Below, piece after piece: positions 51,120-61,297 of a DNA stretch of 64,000 nucleotides. Position numbers and translations under genes: made by a program. Below the pieces are notes generated by a model. The model searched no databases. It was not told the DNA's origin and saw only the letters and a program-made list of their open reading frames with translations. Numbering within the stretch: the stretch's first letter is position 1; every line of letters starts with the position of its first letter. Source of the stretch: Bacillota bacterium (GTDB taxonomy: Bacteria; Bacillota; SHA-98; UBA4971); assembly GCA_012842395.1 (NCBI GenBank), contig DUSX01000029.1, positions 109 to 64,108 on the forward strand. Direction: 5' to 3'.

Positions 51120-51440
51120 ATCCACGCTCTCTCCTGTCTGCGGTTGCGGCCTTGTTGGGCGCGAGGTCAGGAACGCTTGCGACTCTTGGGAGCGGTTGAC
51201 GGTCGCTGCGCGGTGGGTGTCAAAACCCGGCCACCCGTCCGGCCCGGCGGGCCGCGCATCCCGCATCCTGTGAGGGTGGCCTGCCGGGGCGCCGTTCCCG
51301 AGGGCAACACCGGCAAACCTAGGCTCGCCCTGACGTTGACGCACTTGCCTTGCTTGCCCCTTGAGTTAAGTTTCCGTCCGGGTGGCATGAATATGCGGCC
51401 CCCTTAGGCTGCCGACTCTGGGACTGAGTGCATCGTCGGC

Positions 51441-51634
51441 AGTTCGCGCTGCTCTGCGGCGCGAGCGTCCCCTGCCTAAGGCTACCTATCGGCCTTGCGC
51501 TCCGCGGCGATGGCGTGCTCTCGGCTCGCATCGTTCGGATCCGGCACACGAGATAGCCGAATTCCGGGCGCCCCGTCGTGCAGGGGCCGGCGGCAACCCG
51601 AACGCCGCCCAAAGGAGGAGACGAGGACTCACGG
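51441..51634 (+). repeat. Intergenic hairpin repeat element, copy D (forward, diverged); an IR-only fragment lies at about 51296-51335
   Basis: AGTTCGCGCTGCTCTGCGGCG...core...CAGGGGCCGGCGGCAACCC GAACGCCGCCCAAAGGAGGAGACGAGGACTCACGG. Upstream fragment GAGGGCAACACCGGCAAACCTAGG resembles the right end of copy G. Confidence 0.65.
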
Positions 51635-51818
51635 AGCGATACTTGATACTTAACTTAGGATGTAAGGCGGCGCGCTGTGCCCGACTCCACTCTTCAAGCC
51701 ATCCCTCGCCTCGTCTCATGCTCTGGGAGATCGTGGTTTCCAGGCGCTTGTGTCTCGGAAACTCGTGTAGTAGAATTGCATGGGGGAATGAGCCACAAGC
51801 TGATGGAGGGACGAACGG

Positions 51819-52703
51819 ATGGTTGAAAAGGCAACGTTTACCGTCAAGAAAGGCCTTGCGGAGATGCTCAAGGGTGGCGTGATCATGGACGTCACCACCC
51901 CCGAGCAGGCGAAGATCGCCGAGGATGCCGGCGCAGTTGCTGTCATGGCACTGGAGCGCGTGCCCGCCGATATCAGGGCGCAGGGCGGCGTGGCAAGGAT
52001 GTCCGACCCCGCCATAATCGAGGCGATCATGGAAGCTGTCACAATCCCGGTCATGGCCAAATGCAGGATCGGGCATTTCGTTGAGGCGCAGATCCTTGAG
52101 GCTCTGGGCGTAGATTACATCGACGAGAGCGAGGTCCTGACACCAGCCGACGAGGAGCATCACATAGACAAGCACCAGTTCAAGGTGCCGTTCGTCTGCG
52201 GTTGCCGTAACCTGGGGGAGGCCCTGCGAAGGATCGGAGAAGGCGCGGCGATGATTCGCACGAAGGGCGAGGCCGGCACGGGCGACGTCGTCGAAGCCGT
52301 GCGACATATGAGGCGGGTAATGAGCGAGATACGCAGGCTTACTTCGATGCGCGAAGATGAGCTAATGGCGGCAGCCAAGGAGATGCAGGCCCCATACGAG
52401 CTTGTGGTGCAGGTTGCGAAGGAAGGCAAGCTCCCCGTGGTGAACTTCGCTGCCGGTGGCATCGCGACTCCCGCGGATGCCGCTCTTATGATGCAGCTGG
52501 GGGCGGACGGGATCTTCGTGGGTTCGGGCATATTCAAGTCCGACAACCCGGCGGCCAGGGCGCGCGCCATCGTGGATGCGACGGCTCATTACAACGACCC
52601 GGACATCCTCGCGAAGGTGTCCCGCGGCATCGGTGAACCGATGAAGGGTCTCGCCGCTGCGTCCTTGAAGGAAGAGGAGAGGTTGCAGGTGAGAGGCTGG
52701 TGA
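51819..52703 (+). CDS. pdxS: Pyridoxal 5'-phosphate synthase lyase subunit PdxS
   Basis: [46 protein letters not shown]...[11 protein letters not shown] is canonical PdxS. Confidence 0.95.
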   Translation: MVEKATFTVKKGLAEMLKGGVIMDVTTPEQAKIAEDAGAVAVMALERVPADIRAQGGVARMSDPAIIEAIMEAVTIPVMAKCRIGHFVEAQILEALGVDYIDESEVLTPADEEHHIDKHQFKVPFVCGCRNLGEALRRIGEGAAMIRTKGEAGTGDVVEAVRHMRRVMSEIRRLTSMREDELMAAAKEMQAPYELVVQVAKEGKLPVVNFAAGGIATPADAALMMQLGADGIFVGSGIFKSDNPAARARAIVDATAHYNDPDILAKVSRGIGEPMKGLAAASLKEEERLQVRGW

Positions 52704-52907
52704 CTTGCGGCGCGGGCTCGCTCGCGGAGCGAGAACCTCACCCGTCGTGGCCGGTGGGGTGGCCTGTGGCCTGCGGCCACCGGGGCGCGATTGGGCAAGA
52801 GGGTCATAGCACCGGCTCTGTCTGAAGGTTCGATTGCACCGAGCTTTGCGTGCATTGACGGTAGCGGCTAGTGCGACGGCAGCGGCTAGTGGCAGGAGGT
52901 CGCAGGG

Positions 52908-53483
52908 GTGAAGGTAGGAGTTTTGGCGCTTCAGGGTGACGTGGCGGAGCATTTGAGCATGATCACGGCAGCGGGCGCGGACGCGGTGGAGGTCAGGTAC
53001 AAGGAGCAGGTGGATGGGCTGGACGGCCTTATCATACCAGGCGGCGAGAGCACGACCGTGGGAAAGCTGATGGAGCGGTTCGGGTTCGTGGAGGAGATCC
53101 GAAACCAAGCAGCCCGGGGCCTCGGTGTATTCGGCACGTGCACCGGGCTCATTCTTCTCTCTCGTGAGGTCTCGGGTTCCGACCAGATCTGCCTGGGCCT
53201 CATGGACTTCGTGGTGAAGCGGAACGCCTTCGGGCGACAGGTGGACAGTTTCGAGGCCGACATCGAGATACCTGCGGTCGGGGGCCCTCCCATGCGTGCT
53301 GTATTCATCCGGGCGCCCTACATCCTTTCGGTCGGTCGAGGCGTTGATGTGCTGGCGAGGTTCGATGACAAGATCGTGCTCGCCCGGCAGGGGCGGCACC
53401 TCGCGTGTGCGTTCCATCCGGAGGTAACGTCCGACACGAGGCTCCACCGATATTTCCTTGACATGTTGGCGGGCAGAGCGTAA
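52908..53483 (+). CDS. pdxT: Pyridoxal 5'-phosphate synthase glutaminase subunit PdxT
   Basis: MKVGVLALQGDVAEH...LIIPGGESTTVGKL...GTCTGLILL (catalytic Cys) ...HPE. Confidence 0.9.
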   Translation: MKVGVLALQGDVAEHLSMITAAGADAVEVRYKEQVDGLDGLIIPGGESTTVGKLMERFGFVEEIRNQAARGLGVFGTCTGLILLSREVSGSDQICLGLMDFVVKRNAFGRQVDSFEADIEIPAVGGPPMRAVFIRAPYILSVGRGVDVLARFDDKIVLARQGRHLACAFHPEVTSDTRLHRYFLDMLAGRA

Positions 53484-53670
53484 CGAGTGCGCAGCGCGAT
53501 GGCTGGCGGCTTCCCGGTGCGCCGCCCTGAGCGGCGGGCACGCCGCGCTGCGATGCCCTTCGCGAACGCGGCACCGGTGACGACAGGGGCGCACCCGGGC
53601 ATTGGGGCTGCACGCGCGCTGACGGCGCCAGGAGCCAGCACAGGGGTAGTTCGGTGCGGGCGGCGCAGGT

Positions 53671-53886
53671 CCTAAAGTATGGCGCCATGAGTTTTCGTCT
53701 CCTTTTCTTGACGGCGTGGGCTTGCCGGTGCTTGCACGACGCGGCGGGGAGGATTCGGCGGTGCCGCGCCGCGCCGAATTCGAACGGGGCGCACCGCAAG
53801 CGCGCCGTCGCCGGAGGGCAAGGCCGATAGCCTTAGGCAGGACCGCCTGGCCGAAAAGCGGCGCGAACTTTTGGCGACATACTTAG
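53671..53886 (-). repeat. Intergenic hairpin repeat element, copy E (reverse orientation, complete)
   Basis: CCTAAAGTATGGCGCCATGAGTTTTCGTCTCC...CTTGCCGGTGCTTG core ...GGCGCGAACTTTTGGCGACATACTTAG. Lies between pdxT and glyA. Confidence 0.8.
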
Positions 53887-53932
53887 CCGGGCCTTAGCGG
53901 GTAGTGTACTTCTACGTGGGAGGGGCACAGAC

Positions 53933-55177
53933 ATGTATGATATCGTGAGGTCCGTCGACCCGGAAGTCGCGGAGGCCCTCGAACGGGAGACTTGGCGCCA
54001 GAGACGAAAGATCGAACTGATAGCATCGGAGAATTTCACCAGCAGGGCGGTGATGGAGGCACAGGGGTCAACGTTGACCAACAAGTACGCCGAGGGATAC
54101 CCCGGGAGGCGTTACTACGGTGGATGCGAGTTCGTGGATGTGGTCGAGAAACTCGCTATCGAGCGGGCGAAAGCGCTTTTCGGTGCTGAGCACGCCAACG
54201 TCCAGCCGCACTCTGGTGCCCAAGCCAACACGGCGGTCTATTTCGCGGTGCTGTCCCACGGCGATACGGTGCTCGGCATGGACCTCTCCCACGGCGGACA
54301 CTTGACCCACGGTCACCCTCTCAACTTTTCGGGCAAGTACTTCAACTTCGTGCCCTACGGGGTTTCCAGGGAGACGGAGACCATAGATTACGACGCGCTT
54401 CACGCGCTTGCGAGGGAGCACAAGCCGCGAATGATAGTCGCGGGGGCAAGCGCGTATCCGAGGTTCATCGATTTCGCGCGGATCCGCCAGATCGCTGACG
54501 AGGTCGGCGCGTATGTTATGGTGGACATGGCTCATATCGCGGGGCTCGTAGCGGCGGGCGTGCACCCGAACCCAGTCCCGTATGCGGAGTTCGTCACCAC
54601 CACCACGCACAAGACCCTCCGCGGACCGCGCGGGGGCCTCATACTCTGCCAGGCTCGGTTTGCGAAAGACATCGATCAAGCTGTCTTCCCGGGTACCCAG
54701 GGCGGGCCTCTCATGCACGTGATCGCAGCGAAGGCCGTTGCGCTCAAGGAGGCCATGACCCCGGAGTTCCGCGCCTACCAGGTGCAGGTGGTCAGGAACG
54801 CTTCGGCCCTGGCCGCTGCTCTCTCGCGTCGCGGGTTTCGGATCGTCTCGGGCGGCACAGATAACCATCTCATGCTGGTGAGCGTGGCGGAGAAAGGGCT
54901 TACCGGCAAAAGGGCGGAGAAGCTCCTCGACGATGTCGGCATCACCGTAAACAAGAACACCATACCGTTTGATCCCGAGAAGCCGTTTGTAACGAGCGGA
55001 ATACGCCTCGGCACCCCCGCCGTCACCACGAGAGGGATGCGGGAGGCTGAGATGGAGGAGATCGCTGACATCATCGCGGAGGTGCTCGACAAGCCGGGGG
55101 ACGACGCGATCATGGAGTCTGCTCGCGCAAAGGTTGCGCGCCTTACGGACCGCTTCCCCCTTTATCCGGACATATGA
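53933..55177 (+). CDS. glyA: Serine hydroxymethyltransferase
   Basis: [25 protein letters not shown]...[10 protein letters not shown]...[14 protein letters not shown] (PLP-Lys region) is canonical GlyA. Confidence 0.95.
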   Translation: MYDIVRSVDPEVAEALERETWRQRRKIELIASENFTSRAVMEAQGSTLTNKYAEGYPGRRYYGGCEFVDVVEKLAIERAKALFGAEHANVQPHSGAQANTAVYFAVLSHGDTVLGMDLSHGGHLTHGHPLNFSGKYFNFVPYGVSRETETIDYDALHALAREHKPRMIVAGASAYPRFIDFARIRQIADEVGAYVMVDMAHIAGLVAAGVHPNPVPYAEFVTTTTHKTLRGPRGGLILCQARFAKDIDQAVFPGTQGGPLMHVIAAKAVALKEAMTPEFRAYQVQVVRNASALAAALSRRGFRIVSGGTDNHLMLVSVAEKGLTGKRAEKLLDDVGITVNKNTIPFDPEKPFVTSGIRLGTPAVTTRGMREAEMEEIADIIAEVLDKPGDDAIMESARAKVARLTDRFPLYPDI

Positions 55178-55416
55178 CCCTTGTGGCCTGAAGCCCGGGG
55201 CGTGTGCGGGAGGCGCGTGAGGGAAGCGAATGCGGTGTGACCGTGCATTCGATTCCGTTCATGTCGGCTTTAGCCTGGCTCGGGCCGTGTCCATGTGCAG
55301 AGGAGCCCGAGGACTTTTAACGCGAGCGCGCCGGCCCTCCCCGCGTGGGGGAGCCGGCGCGTGCGATTTCAGTCGACATTCGACATTTCAGCCCAGCCGG
55401 CATTCCGGTCGACATT

Positions 55417-56817
55417 TCAGTCGACGTTGATCACCGTGCTCTCGCCCGTGAAAAGGTCGACCACCCTAGACTTGTTGAAATCCGGGTGGCCGTTGCGCTC
55501 ATGCACGGTCACTCTCGTGCCTTCGACGTCCAGTTTTATCGTGGCGTTGCGGCGGGTGAGAGCTGCGGAAAGACCGTCCACGAGCTGCAGCAGCCTCAGC
55601 ATTGGCATCAAGTGCCGTGGGAAATCCAGCGGCAATTCTTCCTCTCTGTGATGGTGGTAACGAACCAGCCAGATCACGTCCTGATCCTTATGATAGAAGT
55701 GGGCTGCGATGTCGGCGCTCCGGGCCGCATGCGCGGGACTGTACTCGAAGACCTTCTTCGGATCCACAGTCTGCCCTATTTCTAGCTGGGGTTGAGACTT
55801 GCCGAGGTCGTGAAAGATTATGCTCTGGACGAGGACATCCTTGCTGATGCCGAGGAGCGACATAATGCCCTTGGAGTTGAGGTCCGCGAGGACCTTGAGC
55901 GCGTTGACCACGTGCTTGTAGTTGCCATCTTCGATGACCTCGGTCACGGTGATGAGACCGGTCTCGGGGTCGTACTTGTCTCTGTACTCGGGCGTATGCT
56001 TGAGCTTGTGTTCCACCCTTGAGTTCGGGAGGGTAAGCGCGAACGCCCTGTCGAGCTCGTCCCTGGAGTTGACGAGCTGGGAGCGAAGCTCTTCCTGCTC
56101 TGTGATGTCGTGGAAGGTCTCGATGATCCCCTGCACCGTGCCGTCTTCCACGAGAGGCACGTAGTTTACGGAAAAGACGCGTCCGTCAGCAAGCGGTGTC
56201 ATTACGTTGTACCTGGCCTTGCCAGTCTTCATGACCTCGAAGATTGGTGATTCGTCCCGGCTTACCATCACGGCCTTCTGGCCGATCCTGTCCGCGGCCC
56301 TCGCATTCATGAGTCTCTCCGCTGCCGGGTTGAACTCCTGGATGATGAGGTCCTTGTCTATCACGATAAGCCCCTCGTGCAGGGAACGAAGGATGGCAAG
56401 GGCCCGCTGCTCGTGGTAACGAGCACTCTTTGATAAGGCCGCTTCGCTGGAGAAAGTCATGAGCACGGACCGCTGAGGCAGGGAGGCTACCAGCATCCCA
56501 TTCTCGACTACCGGCAGTTCGGGGACACACGAGCTTTCAAAAAGGCCTGCGGCTGCTTGGAGGTCGGTTTCAGGATCAACGCTTGGAAAGCTGCTCGCGG
56601 GAATCATCACGTCTTGAGCGGTGGCGCCCTTCGCATATCCCGAGGTCAGTGCGGATATTAGCTTGCTCCCTGTGACCACGCCCAATAGCTCGTTAGTCTG
56701 CGAAACGACATACACAATGCCCCGGTCGGTCACCAAGGGCGCGAGCCCCTCAAGACCTGCCCCGGGCGCTGCCGTGACAGGTTCGAGAGTCTCAACGTCT
56801 TTGACCTTCATCTTCAT
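55417..56817 (-). CDS. Signal-transduction protein with tandem CBS, PAS and HD-family phosphohydrolase-like domains
   Basis: Two CBS motifs at the N-terminus, a central PAS-like fold (GLIVIDKDLIIQEFNPAAERLM), and C-terminal IIFHDLGKS...RYHHH (HD-like motifs). Confidence 0.7.
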   Translation of the reverse strand: MKMKVKDVETLEPVTAAPGAGLEGLAPLVTDRGIVYVVSQTNELLGVVTGSKLISALTSGYAKGATAQDVMIPASSFPSVDPETDLQAAAGLFESSCVPELPVVENGMLVASLPQRSVLMTFSSEAALSKSARYHEQRALAILRSLHEGLIVIDKDLIIQEFNPAAERLMNARAADRIGQKAVMVSRDESPIFEVMKTGKARYNVMTPLADGRVFSVNYVPLVEDGTVQGIIETFHDITEQEELRSQLVNSRDELDRAFALTLPNSRVEHKLKHTPEYRDKYDPETGLITVTEVIEDGNYKHVVNALKVLADLNSKGIMSLLGISKDVLVQSIIFHDLGKSQPQLEIGQTVDPKKVFEYSPAHAARSADIAAHFYHKDQDVIWLVRYHHHREEELPLDFPRHLMPMLRLLQLVDGLSAALTRRNATIKLDVEGTRVTVHERNGHPDFNKSRVVDLFTGESTVINVD

Positions 56818-56899
56818 GTCCTTGCCAGCCCCTCGGCGTAGTAAGAATTCTGCAACTCGAAAACTCGAAAACTCGAATCAGAACGCCTTGCCGGTGCCC

Positions 56900-57112
56900 T
56901 AAGTATGTCGCCAAGAGTTCGCGCCACTTCTCGGCGGAGGGTTCCTCCCCAGGGTTGCCGGCCTTGCCCTCCGGGGACGGCGCGTTTCCGGCGCGCCTCG
57001 TTCGAATTCGGCGCGGCGCGAGACCGCCGAATCCTCCCCGCCGCGTCGTGCAAGCACCGGCAAGCCCACGCTGTCAAGAAGGGAAACGAACACTTATGGC
57101 GCCATATTCAGG
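56900..57112 (+). repeat. Intergenic hairpin repeat element, copy F (forward orientation, complete)
   Basis: CTAAGTATGTCGCCAAGAGTTCGCGCC...CAGGGTTGCCGGCCTTG core CAAGCACCGGCAAGCCC...CAAGAAGGGAAACGAACACTTATGGCGCCAT. Lies upstream of the por operon. Confidence 0.8.
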
Positions 57113-57419
57113 CGTTAACAGGCGTCCAAAAGGAATTCTAGCATAGCCTGGCTACGAAGTAAATAGCTGGTGCGCTACGGATCGTCATGGATCGACCTCG
57201 CACGACACAAAGGCCCAAGTATCGCGCGGTCGGAGCCTTGGTCACTTCCGCGCGGTCTCATACTATCGCAAAGTTGTAGATGGTGCTGCGCGTTCTGGAC
57301 TTCTATGCTAAAATAGGTAGGGCGCAAAACATGTTCGGGCGCTTCGGGCTCCGGGTTCTCGTGGGTATGGGTCCGTGGCTCGGGGCGCGTGACAAATTCA
57401 TATGTGAGGGGGACGAGCT

Positions 57420-57998
57420 ATGGCACAGGTTCTCGAGATTCGCTGGCATGGGAGGGGTGGCCAAGGGGCGAAGACCGCCGCCATCCTCCTGGGCGAGGCG
57501 GCCGCGTCGGTGGGCAAGTACATTCAAGCCTTTCCCGAGTACGGCCCCGAGCGGATGGGCGCGCCCGTGCTGGCATTCAACCGGATCAGCGACGAGCCCG
57601 TGAGGATGCACTGCCACGTGTCGAACCCTAGGATAGTAGTGGTCCTTGACCCGACGCTGATCGGGAAGAACGACGTGACGTCGGGGGTGCCGGAAGACGG
57701 GATCTATCTTGTGAACACGAATCTTTCTCCGGCAGAGATGCGGACGAGGCTCAAGGTGAAAAGCGGCAAGGTCTTCACCGTTGACGCCACGCAGATATCC
57801 ATCGACACCATCGGCCGGGCCATTCCAAACACCCCGATGATGGGTGCCCTAATAAGGGCGACAGGCCTTATGACGCTGGAGGAGTTCATAGCTGATACCC
57901 GGCACAAGCTTGAGATGAAGTTCAGGTCGAAGCCTGAGGTCATCGAGGGCAACATCAAGGCCATCGAGCGGGCCTACCAGGAGGTGCAGTCGGAGTAA
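57420..57998 (+). CDS. porG: Pyruvate:ferredoxin (2-oxoacid) oxidoreductase gamma subunit
   Basis: EIRWHGRGGQGAKTAAILLGEAAA is the PorG signature, in a four-gene por-type operon. Confidence 0.85.
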   Translation: MAQVLEIRWHGRGGQGAKTAAILLGEAAASVGKYIQAFPEYGPERMGAPVLAFNRISDEPVRMHCHVSNPRIVVVLDPTLIGKNDVTSGVPEDGIYLVNTNLSPAEMRTRLKVKSGKVFTVDATQISIDTIGRAIPNTPMMGALIRATGLMTLEEFIADTRHKLEMKFRSKPEVIEGNIKAIERAYQEVQSE

Positions 57999-58396
57999 TG
58001 AGCGCTAATGGAAAAGTAAAGGGCTGGAAGGACGTGCCGATAGGCGGGCTTATCCTGGAGGCCGGCAGCGCGGACAAGTACGAGACCGGCGACTGGCGAA
58101 CCTACCGTCCTGTCTGGGACGAGGCGAAGTGCAGGCACTGCATGACATGCTGGATTTACTGCCCTGACTCATCCATTCTGGTGCGCGAGGGCAAGATGAT
58201 CGGCATCGACTATAAGCATTGCAAGGGCTGTGGGATATGCGCCCATGAGTGCCCTGCGAAGTGCATAGATATGCGCCTCGAGACGGAGCTCGAGGCTGAG
58301 AGGCCTGAGGGCTCTGGAAGCGCTGAGACGGGTGCTCCCGTGGGCGCGGGGTGCGGGTGCCGTTCAAAGAGCAGCGGGAAGGCTGGTGGAAAGTGA
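57998..58396 (+). CDS. porD: Pyruvate:ferredoxin oxidoreductase delta subunit (2x[4Fe-4S] ferredoxin)
   Basis: CRHCMTCWIYCPD and CKGCGICAHECP are two ferredoxin Cys clusters. About 40-aa C-terminal Gly/Cys/Lys-rich tail. Confidence 0.85.
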   Translation: MSANGKVKGWKDVPIGGLILEAGSADKYETGDWRTYRPVWDEAKCRHCMTCWIYCPDSSILVREGKMIGIDYKHCKGCGICAHECPAKCIDMRLETELEAERPEGSGSAETGAPVGAGCGCRSKSSGKAGGK

Positions 58397-59571
58397 TGAA
58401 GAAAGTGGCGATTACCGGAAACGAAGCTGTATCGCAGGCGATGCGTCAGATCAACCCTGACGTGGTGGCTGCCTACCCGATAACTCCGCAAACCGAGATC
58501 GTCCAGATCTTCTCCACTTTCGTGGCAGACGGGGATGTTGATACGGAGTTCGTCACCGTGGAGAGCGAGCACTCGGCCATGAGCGCGACGATCGGCGCGT
58601 CGGCGGCGGGTGCAAGGGCGATGACCGCTACCTCGTCGCAAGGGTTCGCTCTCATGTGGGAGATGCTGTATATCGCAGCCGGTTTGAGGCTTCCCATCGT
58701 GATGCCGGTCGTGAACAGGGCGTTGTCAGCGCCCATCAACATCCACTGCGACCATAGCGACACAATGGGAGCGCGCGATTCCGGGTGGATCCAGCTCTAT
58801 TCCGAGAACGCGCAGGAAGCTTACGACAACCTGATTCAGGCGGTACGGATCGCGGAGCATCCGGATGTTCAGCTTCCCACGATGGTCTGTATGGACGGCT
58901 TCATCGTAAGCCACGGCATGGAGAACGCTGAGCTTCTCGACGACGGCGTGGTGCGCAGCTTCATCGGCCAGCGAACCCCCAAGTACTCGCTTCTCGACGT
59001 GGACAACCCTGCCACATTCGGCGGGCTGGACTTCGCTGACTGGTACTTCGAGCACCGGCGTCAGCTCGCTGAGGCCCAGACGCACGTAAAAGACGTGGTG
59101 CTGGACGTGGCGAGGGAGTTCGCCAAGATATCCGGCAGGAGCTACGGTCTCTTCGAGGCATACAGGCTGGACGACGCCGAGCTGGCTGTGGTCGTGCTGA
59201 ACTCTGCGGCAGGAACCGCGAAGGTGGTCGTTGACGACCTGAGAGATAAGGGTTTGAAGGCAGGCTTACTGAAGATAAGGCTCTTCAGGCCGTTCCCGCA
59301 CGAGGAGATAGTGGCGGCGCTTGCAGGCAAGAAGGCCATCGCTGTTCTCGACAGGGCAGACGGCCTCTCCACGATGGGTGGGCCCGTGTTCGTGGACGTG
59401 CGATCCGCCATGTATGACGCGCCCGGGCCGAAGATGGTGAACTACATCTACGGCCTCGGCGGCAGGGACATCGACACCGAGCAGATAGCCGGGGTATTCT
59501 GGGATCTTGCCAAGATCGCCGAGACGGGCAAGATCGCGTCGCCCGTGACTTACCTCGGGGTCAGGGAATAG
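58396..59571 (+). CDS. porA: Pyruvate:ferredoxin oxidoreductase alpha subunit
   Basis: KVAITGNEAVSQAMRQINPDVVAAYPITPQTEIV is the PorA N-terminus. ATG overlaps the porD stop. Confidence 0.9.
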   Translation: MKKVAITGNEAVSQAMRQINPDVVAAYPITPQTEIVQIFSTFVADGDVDTEFVTVESEHSAMSATIGASAAGARAMTATSSQGFALMWEMLYIAAGLRLPIVMPVVNRALSAPINIHCDHSDTMGARDSGWIQLYSENAQEAYDNLIQAVRIAEHPDVQLPTMVCMDGFIVSHGMENAELLDDGVVRSFIGQRTPKYSLLDVDNPATFGGLDFADWYFEHRRQLAEAQTHVKDVVLDVAREFAKISGRSYGLFEAYRLDDAELAVVVLNSAAGTAKVVVDDLRDKGLKAGLLKIRLFRPFPHEEIVAALAGKKAIAVLDRADGLSTMGGPVFVDVRSAMYDAPGPKMVNYIYGLGGRDIDTEQIAGVFWDLAKIAETGKIASPVTYLGVRE

Positions 59572-59583
59572 GAGGCGGCAGGA

Positions 59584-60507
59584 ATGGCAAACTTGAGGGA
59601 GCTTACGAAGAAGGAAGAACTCCTGTGCGGCGGGCATCGTGCTTGCGCGGGTTGCGCCGCTCCGATAGCCGTGAGGCAGGCGTTGAAAGCCGTTGACACC
59701 CCTGTTGTTGTCGGGTGCGCCACCGGGTGCCTCGAAGTGACGACGACGATATATCCCTTCACGTCGTGGAGGGTTCCGTTCATCCACAACGCGTTCGAAA
59801 ACGCCGCCGCCACCATCAGCGGGGTGGAAGCAGCGTATAGGGCGCTCAAGAAGAAGGGCAAGATAACGCAGGATATCCAGTTCATCGCCTTCGGCGGCGA
59901 CGGCGGCACTTACGACATTGGGTTCCAGTCGCTGTCCGGGGCGATGGAGCGCGGGCATGACATGGTCTACATTTGCTACGACAACGAGGCCTACATGAAC
60001 ACGGGCATACAGAGGTCGAGCGCGACTCCCAAGGGTGCATCCACGACCACAAGCCCCGCGGGGAAGGTCATTCCCGGGAAGACGCAGTTCCGCAAGGACC
60101 TGACCGCGGTCATGGCGGCCCACAACATCCCGTACGTTGCGCAGGCGGTGCCGAGTCACTGGAACGACTTCGTCACCAAGGTCCAAAAGGCGCTTGCGGT
60201 GAAGGGCCCGGCGTTCATCAACGTCCTTGCGCCGTGCAGGCTCGGGTGGCAGTTCGATCCGTCCGAGACCATCGAGATCATGCGGGGCGCCGTGGAGACA
60301 TGCTTCTGGCCGTTGTACGAGGTCGAAAACGGCACGTGGCGCATCACCCACAAGCCCAGGGAGAAGAAGCCCGTGCGCGGATGGCTTGAGAAGCAGGGAC
60401 GATTCCGCCATCTCTTCCGGCCGGAGAACGAGCACATCATCGAGGAGATCCAGGCCGACATCGACCGCAACTGGGAGGCCCTTCTGGCGCGGGCGGGCAT
60501 GGCCTAA
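59584..60507 (+). CDS. porB: Pyruvate:ferredoxin oxidoreductase beta subunit (TPP-binding)
   Basis: CAGCAAPIAVRQ (Cys cluster) and GGDGGTYDIGFQSL (TPP motif GDG-X-N region). Confidence 0.9.
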   Translation: MANLRELTKKEELLCGGHRACAGCAAPIAVRQALKAVDTPVVVGCATGCLEVTTTIYPFTSWRVPFIHNAFENAAATISGVEAAYRALKKKGKITQDIQFIAFGGDGGTYDIGFQSLSGAMERGHDMVYICYDNEAYMNTGIQRSSATPKGASTTTSPAGKVIPGKTQFRKDLTAVMAAHNIPYVAQAVPSHWNDFVTKVQKALAVKGPAFINVLAPCRLGWQFDPSETIEIMRGAVETCFWPLYEVENGTWRITHKPREKKPVRGWLEKQGRFRHLFRPENEHIIEEIQADIDRNWEALLARAGMA

Positions 60508-60628
60508 GTTCCTGTGCCAGCCAGCGCAACAGCCGAGTGGCGGCGAGGCACGGGCGTGCGTTCTGGCAACGGACCCTCGCGCTCGCGCCCCGGTCGCGCC
60601 GAGCGGGCGCGGTCAAGATGGTCAAGGG

Positions 60629-61005
60629 TTGTCTCGCGGGCGTCCGGGTGTTATAATCGGATATACAAACGCGCAACGCGAATTCGGAACAGGCAAGAGA
60701 TGATCCTAAAGACGGTCCGAGCCAAGGCGATGACGAGGACAAGTAGGCGTCAGGCCTCCCGCTGAAGAGAGCCGGGTCTGGTGTGAACCGGCGCGCAGGC
60801 CCGCCGAATCCACCTCAGAGCCGCGGGTTGAAAGGCGCGCCGCATGGGCGCCGAGTATGCCCTGCCGGGTTTGCCCGTTAACGCTTCTTGAGAGGGTCGA
60901 GCGGGCGTGGCGTGGTCGCCTACGCCTCCGGCCAATCGGGGTGGCAACGCGGGAGCACAAGCCTCTCGTCCCCATGGGTTTGTCCCAGGGGGCGAGGGGC
61001 TTTTT
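60629..61005 (+). promoter_or_regulatory. Promoter (TTGTCT-17-TATAAT) plus T-box-like leader with terminator, upstream of serS
   Basis: -35/-10 pair at 60629-60657. AATCGGGGTGGCAACGCGGG at about 60934-60953 matches the T-box consensus AAUUAGGGUGGNACCGCGG at 16 of 20 positions. It is followed by a GC stem and TTTTT at about 60961-61005. Confidence 0.5.
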
Positions 61006-61297
61006 ACATCCGCCGTGCGCGGTGTCATCGCGTTCCCGGGCCTTCGAAGGCCGTGACCAGCGCTAGGGCGACCAACGCGAGGTTGACGCGGCCCGCAGCA
61101 GCACGCAGCGTCGCCGCACGGCACGCCGCGTCGGGCAACGCACGGGGTCGGGCCTGGCGGAGGGGAAGCGTGTAAGCGGGAGCACGCGGCGCGGCCTCGC
61201 GCCTGACGGCGTGCGCGGCTGTGAGCAGTGGGAAAGCAGCGGGAACAGGAACAGCAGACTAGTGGATTGGTAGCGGATAGACAACGGAGGGATGAAC

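Noticed and set aside
52362-53594. 410-aa minus-strand ORF spanning pdxS 3' end, spacer and pdxT
   Set aside because: It is antisense to pdxS and pdxT, both canonical. A GC-rich open frame.
59266-60435. 389-aa minus-strand ORF across porA/porB
   Set aside because: It is antisense to TPP- and Fe-S-motif-bearing POR subunits.
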